NCBI GenBank assembly: GCA_965204735.1
Contig: OZ242008.1
Coordinates: 1,120,001 to 1,184,000 of the forward strand
Reading direction: 5' to 3'
DNA from: Longimicrobiales bacterium
Lineage (GTDB): Bacteria > Gemmatimonadota > Gemmatimonadetes > Longimicrobiales > Gaopeijiaceae
DNA: 64,000 nt
Shown here: positions 43,197-55,637 of the stretch, one piece after another
Position numbering within the stretch: position 1 is the first letter of the stretch
How the letters are laid out: the number at the start of each line of letters is the position of its first letter
The notes under the pieces: generated by a model
Told to the model about the DNA's origin: nothing
Database searches by the model: none
The model's input: only the letters and a program-made list of their open reading frames with translations
Position numbers and translations under genes: made by a program

Positions 43197-45296
43197 ATGC
43201 CCAGAGCGACGCCGCTTTCGCGGCTCCGGAACATCGGGATCATGGCCCACATCGATGCCGGCAAGACCACCACCACGGAGCGCATCCTCTTCTACACGGG
43301 CCGGCTGCACCGCATGGGCGAGGTTCACGAGGGCGCGGCGGCCATGGACTGGATGGAGCAGGAGCAGGAGCGGGGGATCACCATCACCTCCGCGGCCACG
43401 ACGGCCTACTGGAAGCGCAACGGCGCCGAGTGCCGGATCAACATCATCGACACGCCGGGCCACGTGGACTTCACGGCCGAGGTGGAGCGCTCCCTGCGGG
43501 TGCTGGACGGAGCGGTCGCCGTGTTCTGCGCAGTAGGGGGCGTCGAGCCCCAGTCCGAGACCGTTTGGCGCCAGGCGGACCGCTACGGCGTCCCCCGAAT
43601 CGCCTTCGTCAACAAGATGGACCGGACCGGGGCGGACTTCGAGAAGGTGGTCGAGACGATGCGCAGCCGACTGGGCGCCAACGCCTTCGCGGTCCAGTAC
43701 CCTCTGGGCGAGGCGGACCTCTTCACCGGCGTGATCGACGTCGTCGCCATGAAGGCGTTCGTGTGGGAGGACGACCTGGGCTCCCGGGTCGCCGAGGTCG
43801 GGGTTCCCGATTCCTTGCGGGAGAAGGTCGAGGAGATGCGCCGCCAGCTGGTGGAGGCGGCCGTGGAGCACAACGACGAGCTCCTCGAGAAGTATCTGGA
43901 AGGAGACGAGCTGTCGGAGGACGAGGTGCGGCTCGCCATCCGCTCCGCCACCCGCACGGGCACGCTCTTCCCCGTGTTCTGCGGATCGGCCTTCAAGAAC
44001 AAGGGGGTGCAGCGGCTGCTGGACGGCGTCGCCGACTACTTGCCGTCGCCGGCAGACGTGCCCGCGATCGTCGGGCGCCTGCCTCACGGCGACGGGCGGC
44101 GGGAGGTGCGGGCAGCCTCCGACGACGCCCCCTTCGCCGCGCTCGCGTTCAAGATCGTGACCGACCCGTTCGTGGGAAGGCTGACCTACGTCCGGGTCTA
44201 CTCGGGCTCGCTTCCCAGGGGCAGCCGCTTGCTCAACGCAACGCGCTCCCGACGGGAAAGGGCCGGGCGCCTCCTTCAGATGCACGCCAACAAGCGGGAG
44301 GAACGGGACGAGGTGTACGCCGGCGACATCGCCGCGGTGATCGGCCTGAAGGCCGTGCGCACGGGCGACACGCTGTGCCACCCGGACCACCCGGTGATCC
44401 TCGAGGCGATGGAGTTTCCCGAGCCCGTGATCTCGGTGGCGATCGAGCCCAAGACCAAGGCCGACGAGGACAAGCTGAACAAGGGGCTCGCCAAGCTTGC
44501 GGAGGAAGACCCCACGTTCCGAGTGTTCGCCGACCCCGAGACGGGCCAGACGATCATCAGCGGGATGGGCGAGCTCCACTTGGAGATCATCGTCGACCGG
44601 CTCCGCCGGGAGTTCTCCGTGGGCGCCAACGTGGGCCGTCCCCAAGTGGCCTATCGGGAGACGATCCGAAAGGCCGCCGCAAAGGTGGAGGGCCGCTTCG
44701 TCCGCCAGACCGGCGGGCGCGGCCAGTACGGCCACGTGGTGGTGAACATCGAACCCGGGAAGGCCGGCTCCGGGTTCGTGTTCGAGGACCGCGTCAAGAA
44801 CGGCGTCGTGCCTCGCGAGTACATTCCCGCGGTGGAACGGGGCCTGCGATCCGCACTCGACTCCGGGGTGGTGGCCGGCTACCCCATCGTGGACCTGAAG
44901 GTCGCCCTGGTGGACGGCTCTTCCCACGACGTGGACTCCAGCGAGATGGCGTTCCGCGTGGCCGGTTCGATGGCGTTGAGGGAAGGCGTCAGGCGCGCCG
45001 GGCCCGTCCTGCTGGAGCCCGTCATGGACGTGGAAGTGGTGACGCCCCACGAGTACATGGGCGATCTCATCGGCGACTTGTCGTCGCGCCGGGGCAAGAT
45101 CGGCGGGATGACCGACCGGGGCGACGCCCAGGTCATCGGCGCCAGCGTCCCGCTGGGGGAGATGTTCGGCTACTCGACGAGGCTGCGTTCCTTGAGCCAG
45201 GGACGCGCGGTCTTCACCATGCAGTTCTCGCATTATCAGGAAGTGGCCGCCGGCCGGGCGGAAGAGATCGTCCAGGCGGGAGCTTGGCGGTCCTGA
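43197..45296 (+). CDS. fusA: Elongation factor G
   Basis: [29 protein letters not shown]. Confidence 0.98.
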   Translation: MPRATPLSRLRNIGIMAHIDAGKTTTTERILFYTGRLHRMGEVHEGAAAMDWMEQEQERGITITSAATTAYWKRNGAECRINIIDTPGHVDFTAEVERSLRVLDGAVAVFCAVGGVEPQSETVWRQADRYGVPRIAFVNKMDRTGADFEKVVETMRSRLGANAFAVQYPLGEADLFTGVIDVVAMKAFVWEDDLGSRVAEVGVPDSLREKVEEMRRQLVEAAVEHNDELLEKYLEGDELSEDEVRLAIRSATRTGTLFPVFCGSAFKNKGVQRLLDGVADYLPSPADVPAIVGRLPHGDGRREVRAASDDAPFAALAFKIVTDPFVGRLTYVRVYSGSLPRGSRLLNATRSRRERAGRLLQMHANKREERDEVYAGDIAAVIGLKAVRTGDTLCHPDHPVILEAMEFPEPVISVAIEPKTKADEDKLNKGLAKLAEEDPTFRVFADPETGQTIISGMGELHLEIIVDRLRREFSVGANVGRPQVAYRETIRKAAAKVEGRFVRQTGGRGQYGHVVVNIEPGKAGSGFVFEDRVKNGVVPREYIPAVERGLRSALDSGVVAGYPIVDLKVALVDGSSHDVDSSEMAFRVAGSMALREGVRRAGPVLLEPVMDVEVVTPHEYMGDLIGDLSSRRGKIGGMTDRGDAQVIGASVPLGEMFGYSTRLRSLSQGRAVFTMQFSHYQEVAAGRAEEIVQAGAWRS

Positions 45297-45323
45297 CCAA
45301 GGAACCCAGAGGGGAAGGAAGAA

Positions 45324-46514
<1,191 letters not shown>

Positions 46515-46530
46515 CGGAGCGGGCAGAGGA

Positions 46531-46839
46531 ATGACCAACAGGATCCGGATTCGACTGAAGGCCTTCGACCACTGGGTGGTGGACCAGACGGCCGCGGACA
46601 TCGTGCGCACCGCCCAGAAGACCGGCGCCACGATCGCGGGACCGATCCCCCTGCCCACCCGTCGCCAGCGTTGGACCGTGCTTCGCTCGCCTCACATCGA
46701 CAAGAAGAGCCGGGAGCAGTTCGAGCTGAGGACCCACAAGCGCCTGATCGACATCGTGGAGAGCCGCCCCCAGACCATCGACGCCCTCACCAAGCTGGAC
46801 CTGCCTGCGGGCGTCGACGTCGAGATCAAGGTGGACTGA
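46531..46839 (+). CDS. rpsJ: 30S ribosomal protein S10
   Basis: [30 protein letters not shown]. Confidence 0.98.
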   Translation: MTNRIRIRLKAFDHWVVDQTAADIVRTAQKTGATIAGPIPLPTRRQRWTVLRSPHIDKKSREQFELRTHKRLIDIVESRPQTIDALTKLDLPAGVDVEIKVD

Positions 46840-46841
46840 CG

Positions 46842-47459
46842 ATGCCCGGACTCATCGGCAAGAAGGTGGGAATGACCCGCATCTTCACCGAAGAGGGCCG
46901 CTCCGTGCCCGTGACGGTGCTGGAAGCCGGCCCGTGTTCGGTCCTCCAGGTCAAGGACGGCGAGCCCGACGGCTACAGCGCCGTTCAGGTCGGCTTCGGC
47001 GCGAAGAAGCCCAAGCGCAGCAGCAAGGCGGAGCTCGGCCACGCCGCGAAGGCGGGACTGGACGCCGCGCCCCGGCTGGTTCGGGAGTTCGAGCCCGGCG
47101 AGGGCGAAGAGTACGCCGCCGGCCAGGAACTGACGGTCGGGCTCTTCAAGTCGGGGGAGCGGGTGCGGGTGACCGGCGTCACCAAGGGCAGGGGCTTTCA
47201 GGGCGCGGTGAAGCGCCACGGCTTCAGCGGCAGGCCGAGCTCCCACGGGCACCCCATGTCCCGCAATCCGGGGTCCATGGGGGCCGGCACCGACCCGTCC
47301 CGCGTGATCAAGGGGAAGAAGCTCCCCGGGCGCATGGGCGGCACAAGAAAGACGATCCGGAACGTGCAGGTGGTCCGGGTCGATTCGGAGCGGAACCTCC
47401 TGTTCGTGCGCGGCGGGGTTCCCGGCGGCCGAAACGGCTACGTCCTGATCCGGCGGTAG
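46842..47459 (+). CDS. rplC: 50S ribosomal protein L3
   Basis: [23 protein letters not shown]. Confidence 0.97.
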   Translation: MPGLIGKKVGMTRIFTEEGRSVPVTVLEAGPCSVLQVKDGEPDGYSAVQVGFGAKKPKRSSKAELGHAAKAGLDAAPRLVREFEPGEGEEYAAGQELTVGLFKSGERVRVTGVTKGRGFQGAVKRHGFSGRPSSHGHPMSRNPGSMGAGTDPSRVIKGKKLPGRMGGTRKTIRNVQVVRVDSERNLLFVRGGVPGGRNGYVLIRR

Positions 47460-47464
47460 GACCA

Positions 47465-48253
47465 ATGTATCGAGCCCCATACTTCAAGTCGGACGGCTCT
47501 TCCGGAGACGAAGCGATCCTCCCGGAGGCGTTCTTCGACGGCGTGGTGAACGAGACCGTCCTGCACCAGGTCGTCGCCGCCTGCATGGCCAACCAGCGCC
47601 AGGGCACGGTCGCCAGGAAGAACCGGAGCGCCGTGGCCGGCGGCAGCCGCAAGCCCTGGCGGCAGAAGGGCACGGGCCGTGCCCGGCAGGGAACGATCCG
47701 GGCCGTCCAGTGGCGAGGCGGCGGACTTGCGTTTCCCCCGTCGCCGAAGTCGTGGCGGGTTCGCGTCCCCAAGCGGGTTCGCGCCCTGGCACGTCGTTCG
47801 GCCTACAACAGTCGGGCCGAGGCCGGTCGCGTCGCCGTCATCGAGGGCTTCGACTTCAGCGTTCCCAGGACGCGCCGACTCGTGGAGCTGCTCGACCGGA
47901 TCGACATGCCCGGCAAGGCGCTGCTGCTTACCCACGGCGTGAACCGGGCGCTCCATCTGTCGGGCCGCAACCTGCCCGGCGTGAAGGTGCTGCCCTTCGG
48001 CGACGAGTCGCCTTACGACTTGATCTGGTCCGGCACGGTGATCATCGAGGAGGCGGCCCTGGCCGAAGCGGCCGCGGCCGCACCGGCTCGCGAAGGCGTC
48101 CCAACTCCCGAAGCGGCCGCCCCAGCTCCCGAAGAGGCTGCCCCGGCCCCCGAAGAGGCTGCCCCGGCCCCCGAAGAGGCTGCCCCGGCCCCCGAAGGCG
48201 ACGCCCCAGCTCCCGAAGAGGACGCCCCGGTGCCGGAGAGGAGCGAGCAGTGA
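47465..48253 (+). CDS. rplD: 50S ribosomal protein L4 with repetitive acidic C-terminal tail
   Basis: [21 protein letters not shown]; tail (PEEAAPA)n. Confidence 0.96.
   Translation: MYRAPYFKSDGSSGDEAILPEAFFDGVVNETVLHQVVAACMANQRQGTVARKNRSAVAGGSRKPWRQKGTGRARQGTIRAVQWRGGGLAFPPSPKSWRVRVPKRVRALARRSAYNSRAEAGRVAVIEGFDFSVPRTRRLVELLDRIDMPGKALLLTHGVNRALHLSGRNLPGVKVLPFGDESPYDLIWSGTVIIEEAALAEAAAAAPAREGVPTPEAAAPAPEEAAPAPEEAAPAPEEAAPAPEGDAPAPEEDAPVPERSEQ
48107..48232 (+). repeat. In-frame 21-bp tandem repeat, six units, at the rplD 3' end
   Basis: cccgaagaggctgccccggcc: three perfect and three variant units. Confidence 0.9.
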
Positions 48254-48561
48254 TGCGCGAACCCTACGATGTCATCGCCTTCCCTGTCGTGACCGAGAAG
48301 ACCACGGCCCAGATGGAACGGCACCTGTACACCTTCGTGGTGAACCCCCGGGCCAACAAGCACGAGATCGCCCGGGCGGTGGAGTCCCTGTGGGACGTGA
48401 AGGTCCTCGCAGTGCGGACCATGCGCTACGCCGGCAAGGCCAAGCGCGCGCTCCTCGGGCGGATGGCCAAGAACTGGACCCCGGGCCATCGGCCCAACTT
48501 CAAGAAGGCCGTGGTCCAGCTGGCCGAGGGCGACGTGATCGAGTTCTACGAAACGGGTTGA
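48253..48561 (+). CDS. rplW: 50S ribosomal protein L23
   Basis: [21 protein letters not shown]. Confidence 0.95.
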   Translation: MREPYDVIAFPVVTEKTTAQMERHLYTFVVNPRANKHEIARAVESLWDVKVLAVRTMRYAGKAKRALLGRMAKNWTPGHRPNFKKAVVQLAEGDVIEFYETG

Positions 48562-48565
48562 TGCC

Positions 48566-49405
48566 ATGGCGCTGAAGAAGTTCAAGCCCGTGACCCCCGG
48601 GAGCCGCTTCCGGTCGATCACGGCCAAGGAAGCGGTGACGCGGAAGGGACCGGAGAAATCCCTCACGGCGCCGCTCAAGAAGACGGGCGGCCGCAACCAC
48701 CACGGGCACATCACGGTGCGGCGGCGGGGCGGCGGCAACAAGCGCCGCTATCGCAAGATCGACTTCCGGCGCGACAAGCACGGCGTTCCCGGACGCGTCG
48801 CCGAGATCGAGTACGACCCCAACCGCTCCGCCTTCATCGCCCTCGTCCACTACGAAGACGGCGAGAAGCGCTACGTCCTCCATGTGCGTGGCATGGCTCA
48901 GGGCGACGTGGTGGAATCGGGCCCCGATGCGGACATCCGCCGAGGGAACGCGCTGCCGCTGGGGCGGGTGCCCCTGGGGACCGTCGTTCACAACGTCGAG
49001 ATGAAGCCGGGAAAGGGCGGCCAGATGGCCCGCTCCGCCGGCGCCGGCGTCCAGGTGGTGGCCAAGGAGGGCGACTACGTGACCCTGCGGCTTCCCTCCA
49101 CCGAGGTTCGGCGCGTCCACAAGCGCTGCTACGCCACGATCGGCCAAGTCGGCAACGCGGACCACAACCTGCGGAGCCTTGGCAAGGCCGGCGCGAGTCG
49201 CTGGCGCGGACGGCGCCCCAAGGTTCGGGGCGTGGCGATGAACCCTGTCGACCACCCCCTGGGCGGCGGCGAGGGCAAGGCCTCGGGGGGGCGTCCGCCG
49301 GTCACGCCGTGGGGCAAGCCGGAAGGGACGAAGACGCGCAAGAAGCGGAAGGCGTCCAGCAAGTTCATCGTTCGAGGACGCAAGCGCGGCAAGGCCACGC
49401 GCTGA
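48566..49405 (+). CDS. rplB: 50S ribosomal protein L2
   Basis: [25 protein letters not shown]. Confidence 0.98.
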   Translation: MALKKFKPVTPGSRFRSITAKEAVTRKGPEKSLTAPLKKTGGRNHHGHITVRRRGGGNKRRYRKIDFRRDKHGVPGRVAEIEYDPNRSAFIALVHYEDGEKRYVLHVRGMAQGDVVESGPDADIRRGNALPLGRVPLGTVVHNVEMKPGKGGQMARSAGAGVQVVAKEGDYVTLRLPSTEVRRVHKRCYATIGQVGNADHNLRSLGKAGASRWRGRRPKVRGVAMNPVDHPLGGGEGKASGGRPPVTPWGKPEGTKTRKKRKASSKFIVRGRKRGKATR

Positions 49406-49439
49406 TCACCGAAACCAAGGAAGAACCGAGTCGAGCACG

Positions 49440-49724
49440 ATGCCGCGAAGCTTGAAGAAGGGTCCCTTCATCGACGAGAAGCTCCTCCGCAAGGTGGAGG
49501 CGATGAACGCCAGCAACATCAGGTCCGTGATCCGAACATGGTCCAGGGCGTCCACCATCTCGCCGGAGTTCGTGGGCCACACGATCGGAGTCCACAACGG
49601 CAACAAGTTCATCCCGGTGTACGTCACCGAAAACATGGTTGGCCACAAGCTCGGCGAGTTCGCCCCGACGCGCCTCTTCCGGGGCCATGGCGGCAAGCTG
49701 GCCGACAAGCGGGCGCGGAGGTAG
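49440..49724 (+). CDS. rpsS: 30S ribosomal protein S19
   Basis: [23 protein letters not shown]. Confidence 0.98.
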   Translation: MPRSLKKGPFIDEKLLRKVEAMNASNIRSVIRTWSRASTISPEFVGHTIGVHNGNKFIPVYVTENMVGHKLGEFAPTRLFRGHGGKLADKRARR

Positions 49725-49736
49725 GGGGAAGTCGAC

Positions 49737-50087
49737 ATGGAAGCCGTCGCCGTCGCCAAGCAGGTGAGGATGAGTCCCCGGAAGGTTCGGCTGGTGGTCG
49801 ACCAGATCCGGGGACTTTCGGTTGCCGAGGCCTCGTCCCTTCTCGACTTCTCCGCGAAGGCGGCCGCGGTTCCCGTCCGGAAGACGCTCCGCTCCGCCGT
49901 CGCCAACGCCGAAGACCGGGCGGACCGGGACGGCGACGAGATGGACGTGGACGACTTGGTGGTGAGCCGCGCCTTCGTGGACGAGGGCCCCACGTACAAG
50001 CGCTGGAAGGCCGCGGCCCAAGGACGGGCCGTGCCCCGCCGACGCCGCACAAGCCACATCACGGTGGCAGTGAGCCTCAAGGAGTAG
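49737..50087 (+). CDS. rplV: 50S ribosomal protein L22
   Basis: [22 protein letters not shown]. Confidence 0.97.
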   Translation: MEAVAVAKQVRMSPRKVRLVVDQIRGLSVAEASSLLDFSAKAAAVPVRKTLRSAVANAEDRADRDGDEMDVDDLVVSRAFVDEGPTYKRWKAAAQGRAVPRRRRTSHITVAVSLKE

Positions 50088-50091
50088 CGGC

Positions 50092-50757
50092 ATGGGCCAG
50101 AAGACCCACCCCCACGGATTTCGCTTGGGCATCGTCGCCGACTGGCGCTCCCGATGGTACGCCGAACGGGAGTTTCCCCAGTTCATCAAGGAAGACGACA
50201 CCGTTCGCAGGTACCTCTTTCGGCGGCTTCACCACGCCGCGATCGCCGACGTCGAGATCGACCGCAAGCCGTCCAAGTTGGTGGTGACCGTGCACACGGC
50301 GAGGCCCGGCGTCGTCATCGGCAAGCGCGGCTCCGAGGTGGACAAGCTCCGCGACGAGCTGGCCGTGCTGGCCAAGAGCGACGTCTCGGTCAACGTGGAG
50401 GAGATCAAGCGGCCCGAGCTGAACGCCCGTCTGGTGGCGGAGAACGTGGCTCATCAGATCCGCCAGCGGATCTCCTTCAGGCGGGCGATGAAGCGCGCGG
50501 TCCAGTCGGCGATGCGGGCGGGCGCCGAGGGGATCCGAATCCAGTGCGCCGGGCGCCTGGGCGGCGCCGAGATCGCGCGAACCGAGGGCTACAACGAAGG
50601 AAGGGTGCCCCTGCACACGTTGCGGGCGGACATCGACTACGCCCACCTGGACGCCCGCACGACCTACGGCACCGTAGGGGTCAAGTGCTGGATATTCAAG
50701 GGCGAGGTGATCGAAGACCGTTTCGGCCGGACGTACTCGGCCGGACCCGGAAGCTGA
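50092..50757 (+). CDS. rpsC: 30S ribosomal protein S3
   Basis: [35 protein letters not shown]. Confidence 0.98.
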   Translation: MGQKTHPHGFRLGIVADWRSRWYAEREFPQFIKEDDTVRRYLFRRLHHAAIADVEIDRKPSKLVVTVHTARPGVVIGKRGSEVDKLRDELAVLAKSDVSVNVEEIKRPELNARLVAENVAHQIRQRISFRRAMKRAVQSAMRAGAEGIRIQCAGRLGGAEIARTEGYNEGRVPLHTLRADIDYAHLDARTTYGTVGVKCWIFKGEVIEDRFGRTYSAGPGS

Positions 50758-50776
50758 AGCGGGCAAGGAGCAAGCG

Positions 50777-51193
50777 ATGCTGTCGCCGAAGCGGGTCAAG
50801 CGCAGAAAGACCCACAAGGGCAAGATGCGGGGCAAGGCCTACCGGGGAGCCAAGGTCTCCTTCGGCGAGTACGGCCTCCAGTCCACCGAGGCCGGATGGA
50901 TCACCAACCGGCAGATCGAGTCGGCCCGGGTGGCGATCACGCGCCACGTGAAGAGGAGCGGCAAGGTGTGGATCCGCATCTTCCCCGACAAGCCCGTGAC
51001 GAAGAAGCCGGCGGAGACCCGCATGGGCAAGGGCAAGGGCAACCCCGAGCAGTGGGTCGCAGTGGTCAAGCCTGGGCGGATGATGTTCGAGCTGGAGGGC
51101 GTGCCGGCGGAGACTGCGCGCCGGGCCATGGAGCTGGCCTCCTTCAAGCTGCCCGTGAAGACCCGGTTCGTGGTCCGGGAATCCCAACTCTAG
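50777..51193 (+). CDS. rplP: 50S ribosomal protein L16
   Basis: [12 protein letters not shown]. Confidence 0.98.
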   Translation: MLSPKRVKRRKTHKGKMRGKAYRGAKVSFGEYGLQSTEAGWITNRQIESARVAITRHVKRSGKVWIRIFPDKPVTKKPAETRMGKGKGNPEQWVAVVKPGRMMFELEGVPAETARRAMELASFKLPVKTRFVVRESQL

Positions 51194-51214
51194 CGGCACG
51201 GATCGGAGCGACAC

Positions 51215-51433
51215 GTGAAGGCAGAAGACGTTCGAGAGCTGAGCGACGCCGAGCTGGGCCACCGGCTGGGCGAGCTGAAGCTGGAGCAGTTCCGCCTCCG
51301 CTTCCGCAGCGCCATCAGCGAGCTGGAGAACCCGCGGCTGCTGCGGACGATCAGGCGGGAGATCGCGCGGATCAAGACGATCCTCCGCGAGCGGCGGGAG
51401 ATCGGCGCCGAAGGGACGGACGAGCGACGATGA
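51215..51433 (+). CDS. rpmC: 50S ribosomal protein L29
   Basis: LENP...RREIARIKT. Confidence 0.95.
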   Translation: MKAEDVRELSDAELGHRLGELKLEQFRLRFRSAISELENPRLLRTIRREIARIKTILRERREIGAEGTDERR

Positions 51434-51696
51434 GCGAACAGCCTGGGCGCAGGCGGCGCAAGGTTCGGACCGGAGTGGTGGTGGGCGACCGGGCCGACAA
51501 GACCGTCACCGTGCTGGTGGAGCGGCGCTTCGCGCACCCCCTCTACGGCAAGCAGCTCTCGCGCAGCCGCAGGTACCACGCGCACGACGAGGTGAACGAG
51601 TTCCGGACCGGGGACGTGGTGCGGATCATGGAGACGCGACCGCTGTCGAAGACCAAGCGGTGGCGTGTCGTGGAACTGATCGAAAGGCCCGCCTGA
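51430..51696 (+). CDS. rpsQ: 30S ribosomal protein S17
   Basis: [23 protein letters not shown]. Confidence 0.97.
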   Translation: MSEQPGRRRRKVRTGVVVGDRADKTVTVLVERRFAHPLYGKQLSRSRRYHAHDEVNEFRTGDVVRIMETRPLSKTKRWRVVELIERPA

Positions 51697-51699
51697 CCG

Positions 51700-52068
51700 A
51701 TGATCCAACAGGAATCGATGCTCAAGATCGCCGACAACACCGGCGCCAAGCGCGCGCTGTGCATCCGCGTCCTCGGCGGTTCCGGACGCCGGTACGCCCG
51801 GGTCGGCGACCGGGTCGTGGTCACGATCAAGGACGCCGTGCCGAACGCGACGGTGAAGAAGGGCGAGGTCACTGAAGCGGTGGTCGTCCGCACGGCCAAG
51901 GAGATGCGCCGGCGCGACGGCAGCTACATCCGCTTCGACGACAACGCGGCGGTGCTGATCAACGCCCAGAAGGAGCCCCGGGGCACCCGCATCTTCGGGC
52001 CGGTGGGCCGGGAGCTCCGGGAGAAGCGCTACATGAGGATCGTGTCTCTTGCACCAGAGGTGTTGTGA
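51700..52068 (+). CDS. rplN: 50S ribosomal protein L14
   Basis: [29 protein letters not shown]. Confidence 0.98.
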   Translation: MIQQESMLKIADNTGAKRALCIRVLGGSGRRYARVGDRVVVTIKDAVPNATVKKGEVTEAVVVRTAKEMRRRDGSYIRFDDNAAVLINAQKEPRGTRIFGPVGRELREKRYMRIVSLAPEVL

Positions 52069-52071
52069 GCG

Positions 52072-52419
52072 ATGGCGAGCAGAAAGATCAAGATCGTGAG
52101 GGGCGACCGGGTGAGGGTGATCCGCGGCAACCACCGGGAGGCGGAGGGCACGGTGCTCAGGGTCCTGCGGAAGTCGGAGCAGGTGGTGGTCCAGGGCGTC
52201 AACATGCGAAAGCGTCATACCCGTCCTTCCCAAGCCAATCCGGAAGGCGGGATCGTCACCTTCGAGGCGCCGATCCACGTGTCGAACGTGATGCTGGTGA
52301 CTCCCGGCGGCGGAGATGCGGGCCGCGTGCGGATGCGCTTGGAAGAGGGGGGATTGAAGGAGAGGATCTCCGTGCGGAGCGGCGACCCGATCCCCAAGCC
52401 CGACCGTTCCTCCACTTGA
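52072..52419 (+). CDS. rplX: 50S ribosomal protein L24
   Basis: [18 protein letters not shown]. Confidence 0.96.
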   Translation: MASRKIKIVRGDRVRVIRGNHREAEGTVLRVLRKSEQVVVQGVNMRKRHTRPSQANPEGGIVTFEAPIHVSNVMLVTPGGGDAGRVRMRLEEGGLKERISVRSGDPIPKPDRSST

Positions 52420-52451
52420 GGTCGACAGGAAGCGAGAACCAGGAGACCGTC

Positions 52452-53024
52452 ATGGAACCACGTCTCTTCACCCACTACAAGAACGTCGCCCGGCCTGCGC
52501 TGATGGAGCAGTTCGGCTTCGCCAACCCCCACCAGATCCCCCGGGTCGACAAGGTCGTGGTCAACGTCGGCATGGGCGAAGGCAGCCGGGACCGCAAGTT
52601 GATCCAGTCGGTGACCGAGGAGCTGGCCATGATCACGGGACAGAAGGCGGTGGTCACCAAGGCCCGCAGGTCGATCTCGAACTTCCGGCTCCGCGAGGGC
52701 ATGCCGGTGGGGTCTTCGGTGACCTTGCGCCGACGACGGATGTGGGAGTTCCTCGACCGCTTCGTGACGATCGCGGTTCCCCGCATCCGCGACTTCCGGG
52801 GCATGAACACCCGCTCGTTCGACGGACGGGGCAACTACACCGTCGGGGTCAAGGAGCAGATCATCTTCCCCGAGGTGGACTACGACAAGGTGGCCCGCAT
52901 CCATGGACTGGACGTGTCCGTGGTGACGTCCACCTCCAAGGACGCGGAGGCCTACGCGCTGCTTCGCCAGCTGGGCTTCCCCTTCCGGGGCGAAGTGCCG
53001 GTGCTCGTCGGCGCGGCCGCCTGA
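52452..53024 (+). CDS. rplE: 50S ribosomal protein L5
   Basis: [29 protein letters not shown]. Confidence 0.98.
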   Translation: MEPRLFTHYKNVARPALMEQFGFANPHQIPRVDKVVVNVGMGEGSRDRKLIQSVTEELAMITGQKAVVTKARRSISNFRLREGMPVGSSVTLRRRRMWEFLDRFVTIAVPRIRDFRGMNTRSFDGRGNYTVGVKEQIIFPEVDYDKVARIHGLDVSVVTSTSKDAEAYALLRQLGFPFRGEVPVLVGAAA

Positions 53025-53044
53025 CGCAAGGGAGTCGACGGACC

Positions 53045-53437
53045 ATGATGACCGATCCAATCGCCGACATGCTCACGCGGATTCGGAACGCCGCCTCCGC
53101 AGGACACCGGTGGGCCGACGTGCCGCTGTCGAAGCTCAAGGTGGAGATCGCCCGGCTGCTCAAGGAAAACGCCTTCGTCCACGACTACAAGGTGCTCAAC
53201 GACGGGCGCCACGGGCTCCTGCGGGTGTACCTGAAGTACTACGACGGCCGGCCCGTCATCCGGCGCATCGCCCGCGTGTCCAAGCCGGGGCACCGCCGGT
53301 ACGTGGGTGCCGAGGACGTGCCGCGGGTCCGCAACGGGCTCGGCGTCGCGATCCTTTCCACGTCTCGCGGCCTGATGTCGGACAGCGCGGCGCGGGCGGC
53401 CCGCGTGGGCGGCGAAGTCCTCGCGGAAGTCTGGTAG
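53045..53437 (+). CDS. rpsH: 30S ribosomal protein S8
   Basis: DPIADMLTRIRNA, SKPG, GVAILSTSRG. Confidence 0.98.
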   Translation: MMTDPIADMLTRIRNAASAGHRWADVPLSKLKVEIARLLKENAFVHDYKVLNDGRHGLLRVYLKYYDGRPVIRRIARVSKPGHRRYVGAEDVPRVRNGLGVAILSTSRGLMSDSAARAARVGGEVLAEVW

Positions 53438-53449
53438 GGAGAGGGCCTC

Positions 53450-53998
53450 ATGTCGCGGATCGGAAGAAAGCCCGTGGACGTGCCGCCGGGGGTGGCCGTG
53501 ACCTTGGACGGCGCCCGGGTGTCGGCAGAGGGTCCGAAGGGCCGGCTGGAGATGCTGGTCCGATCGCCGATCGCGGTGGGCTGGCAGGGCGACGACGGCA
53601 AGACGCTCTTGGTGACGCGGCCTTCGGACCAGAAGGAGCACAAGGCCCTTCACGGCCTGACCCGCTCCTTGGTCGCCAACATCGTGAAGGGCGTCGCCGA
53701 GGGCTTCAGCAAGACCCTGGAGATCGTCGGGGTCGGCTACCGCGTGGAAGAGAAGGGCAAGGGGCTGCTGCTTCGGCTCGGGTTCTCCCACGAGATCGAC
53801 TATCCGGCGCCGGAGGGGATCACCTTCGAGGTGCCCAACCAGACCACGATCGTCGTCAAGGGGCCCGACAAGCAGCAGGTCGGCCACGTCGCCGCGGTGA
53901 TCCGCTCCTTCCGCCCGCCGGAGCCCTACAAGGGCAAGGGCGTGCGGTACCAGGGGGAACAAGTCCGGCGGAAGGCCGGAAAGACGGCGGGCAAGTAG
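53450..53998 (+). CDS. rplF: 50S ribosomal protein L6
   Basis: [19 protein letters not shown]. Confidence 0.98.
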   Translation: MSRIGRKPVDVPPGVAVTLDGARVSAEGPKGRLEMLVRSPIAVGWQGDDGKTLLVTRPSDQKEHKALHGLTRSLVANIVKGVAEGFSKTLEIVGVGYRVEEKGKGLLLRLGFSHEIDYPAPEGITFEVPNQTTIVVKGPDKQQVGHVAAVIRSFRPPEPYKGKGVRYQGEQVRRKAGKTAGK

Positions 53999-54032
53999 CC
54001 GTGCACCAGCAGACGAAGAGGAGGATCTCCTG

Positions 54033-54419
54033 ATGAGGAAGTCGGGCAAGGTGGCGAAGAGCCGCCGGCTCCGTCGGAAGCGGTGCCACGCGCGCATCCG
54101 CAAGAAGGTGCATGGCACCGGCGACCGGCCCCGGCTGGTGGTGCATCGGTCGCTGCGGAACGTGGAGGGCCAAGTGGTGGACGACGACGCCGGGCGAACG
54201 ATGGTCGGGCTCTCCACCCTCTCGCCCGCGCTCCGCGAGGCCGGCGCCGACGAGAAGGGCGGCAAGGTCGGCGCCGCGCGGGCGGCGGGCAAGATGCTGG
54301 CCGAGCAGGCCCGGAGCCGCGGCGTCGGCCGGGTCGTCTTCGACCGGGGAGGCTTCCGCTATCACGGCCGGGTCAAGGCGTTCGCCGAAGGCGCGCGCGA
54401 AGGAGGACTGGAGTTCTGA
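54033..54419 (+). CDS. rplR: 50S ribosomal protein L18
   Basis: [22 protein letters not shown]. Confidence 0.97.
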   Translation: MRKSGKVAKSRRLRRKRCHARIRKKVHGTGDRPRLVVHRSLRNVEGQVVDDDAGRTMVGLSTLSPALREAGADEKGGKVGAARAAGKMLAEQARSRGVGRVVFDRGGFRYHGRVKAFAEGAREGGLEF

Positions 54420-54940
54420 TGGCAAGGGAGAAGAAGCACTCCCGAGAGGGGTCCGAGCAGGTCGAGAACGTGATCCACATCAACCGGGTGGCGAAGGTCG
54501 TGAAGGGGGGAAGGCGGTTCTCCTTCACCGCCCTGGTCTCCGTCGGCGACCAGGCGGGCCGGGTGGGAATCGCCCACGCCAAGGCCAACGAGGTGGCCGA
54601 GGCGATCCGCAAGGCGTTCGAGCGCGCCCGCCGAAACATCATGGAAGTGCCGCTCGTCAACGGAACCATTCCCCACGAGATCGTGGGACGCTGGGGAGCA
54701 GGCCGCGTTCTCCTCCGGCCCGCAGCTCCGGGAACGGGTGTGATCGCCGGCGGTCCGGTGAGGGCGGTCCTCGAGGCCGCGGGAGTCTCGGACGTGCTGA
54801 CCAAGAGCCTGGGGACCAACAACCCCATCAACGTGGTGCGCGCCACGGTCGACGCCCTCGAGAACTTGGTCACCGCCTACGAGGTGGCGACCGAGCGGGG
54901 CGTCACCCTGGAACAGCTGGGAGTGCAGGCCGATGGGTGA
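54419..54940 (+). CDS. rpsE: 30S ribosomal protein S5
   Basis: [24 protein letters not shown]. Confidence 0.98.
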   Translation: MAREKKHSREGSEQVENVIHINRVAKVVKGGRRFSFTALVSVGDQAGRVGIAHAKANEVAEAIRKAFERARRNIMEVPLVNGTIPHEIVGRWGAGRVLLRPAAPGTGVIAGGPVRAVLEAAGVSDVLTKSLGTNNPINVVRATVDALENLVTAYEVATERGVTLEQLGVQADG

Positions 54941-55118
54941 CAAGCTGCGGATCACCCAGGTCCGAAGCGGCGTGGGGCGGCAGAAGGTGCAGCGGCGCAC
55001 CCTGGCCGCCCTGGGCATCAAGCGGCATCAGCAGAGCGTTGTCCACGACGACACGCCGGCGGTCCGCGGCATGATCGCCAAGGTGGACTACCTCGTCGAG
55101 GTCGAGGAGGTGGATTGA
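54933..55118 (+). CDS. rpmD: 50S ribosomal protein L30
   Basis: ITQVRS, LAALG, RGMIAKV; between rpsE and rplO. Confidence 0.95.
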   Translation: MGDKLRITQVRSGVGRQKVQRRTLAALGIKRHQQSVVHDDTPAVRGMIAKVDYLVEVEEVD

Positions 55119-55121
55119 CCC

Positions 55122-55601
55122 ATGATCGAACTGCACACCCTTCGTTCCCCCGGCCGGGGCCGGTCGCGCAAGCGGGTTGGCCGGGGTCCCGGATCCGGCA
55201 AGGGCAAGACCTCGGGCCGCGGCGAGAAGGGCCAGAACTCCCGCTCCGGCGGCGGAGTTCCCGCTTGGTTCGAGGGCGGCCAGATGCCGCTTCAGCGACG
55301 AATCCCGAAGCGGGGCTTCAAGAATCGAAACCGAAGGGAGTTCCAGGTCGTCAACGTCGGCGACTTGGGCAGGGTGGTCGGCGCGGCCACGCCCGAAGCG
55401 CTGCGGGCCGCCGGACTGGTTCGCTCGCTGCGAGTTCCGGTAAAGCTGCTCGGCGGCGGCGAGGTCGAGGCCGCCGTCGAGTGCTCGGTGCACGCGGCGA
55501 GCGCCTCGGCCCGTCGCAAGATCGAGGCCGCGGGCGGTTCCGTGACGATCCTGGGGACCGACGGCGACGCATCGGCGCGCCACGGCGGAGACGACGACTA
55601 A
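55122..55601 (+). CDS. rplO: 50S ribosomal protein L15
   Basis: GRGPGSGKGKTSGRG, FEGGQMPL. Confidence 0.97.
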   Translation: MIELHTLRSPGRGRSRKRVGRGPGSGKGKTSGRGEKGQNSRSGGGVPAWFEGGQMPLQRRIPKRGFKNRNRREFQVVNVGDLGRVVGAATPEALRAAGLVRSLRVPVKLLGGGEVEAAVECSVHAASASARRKIEAAGGSVTILGTDGDASARHGGDDD

Positions 55602-55637
55602 CGGGGCGCGGCGCCCCGACGAAAGACCAGCCCGACC

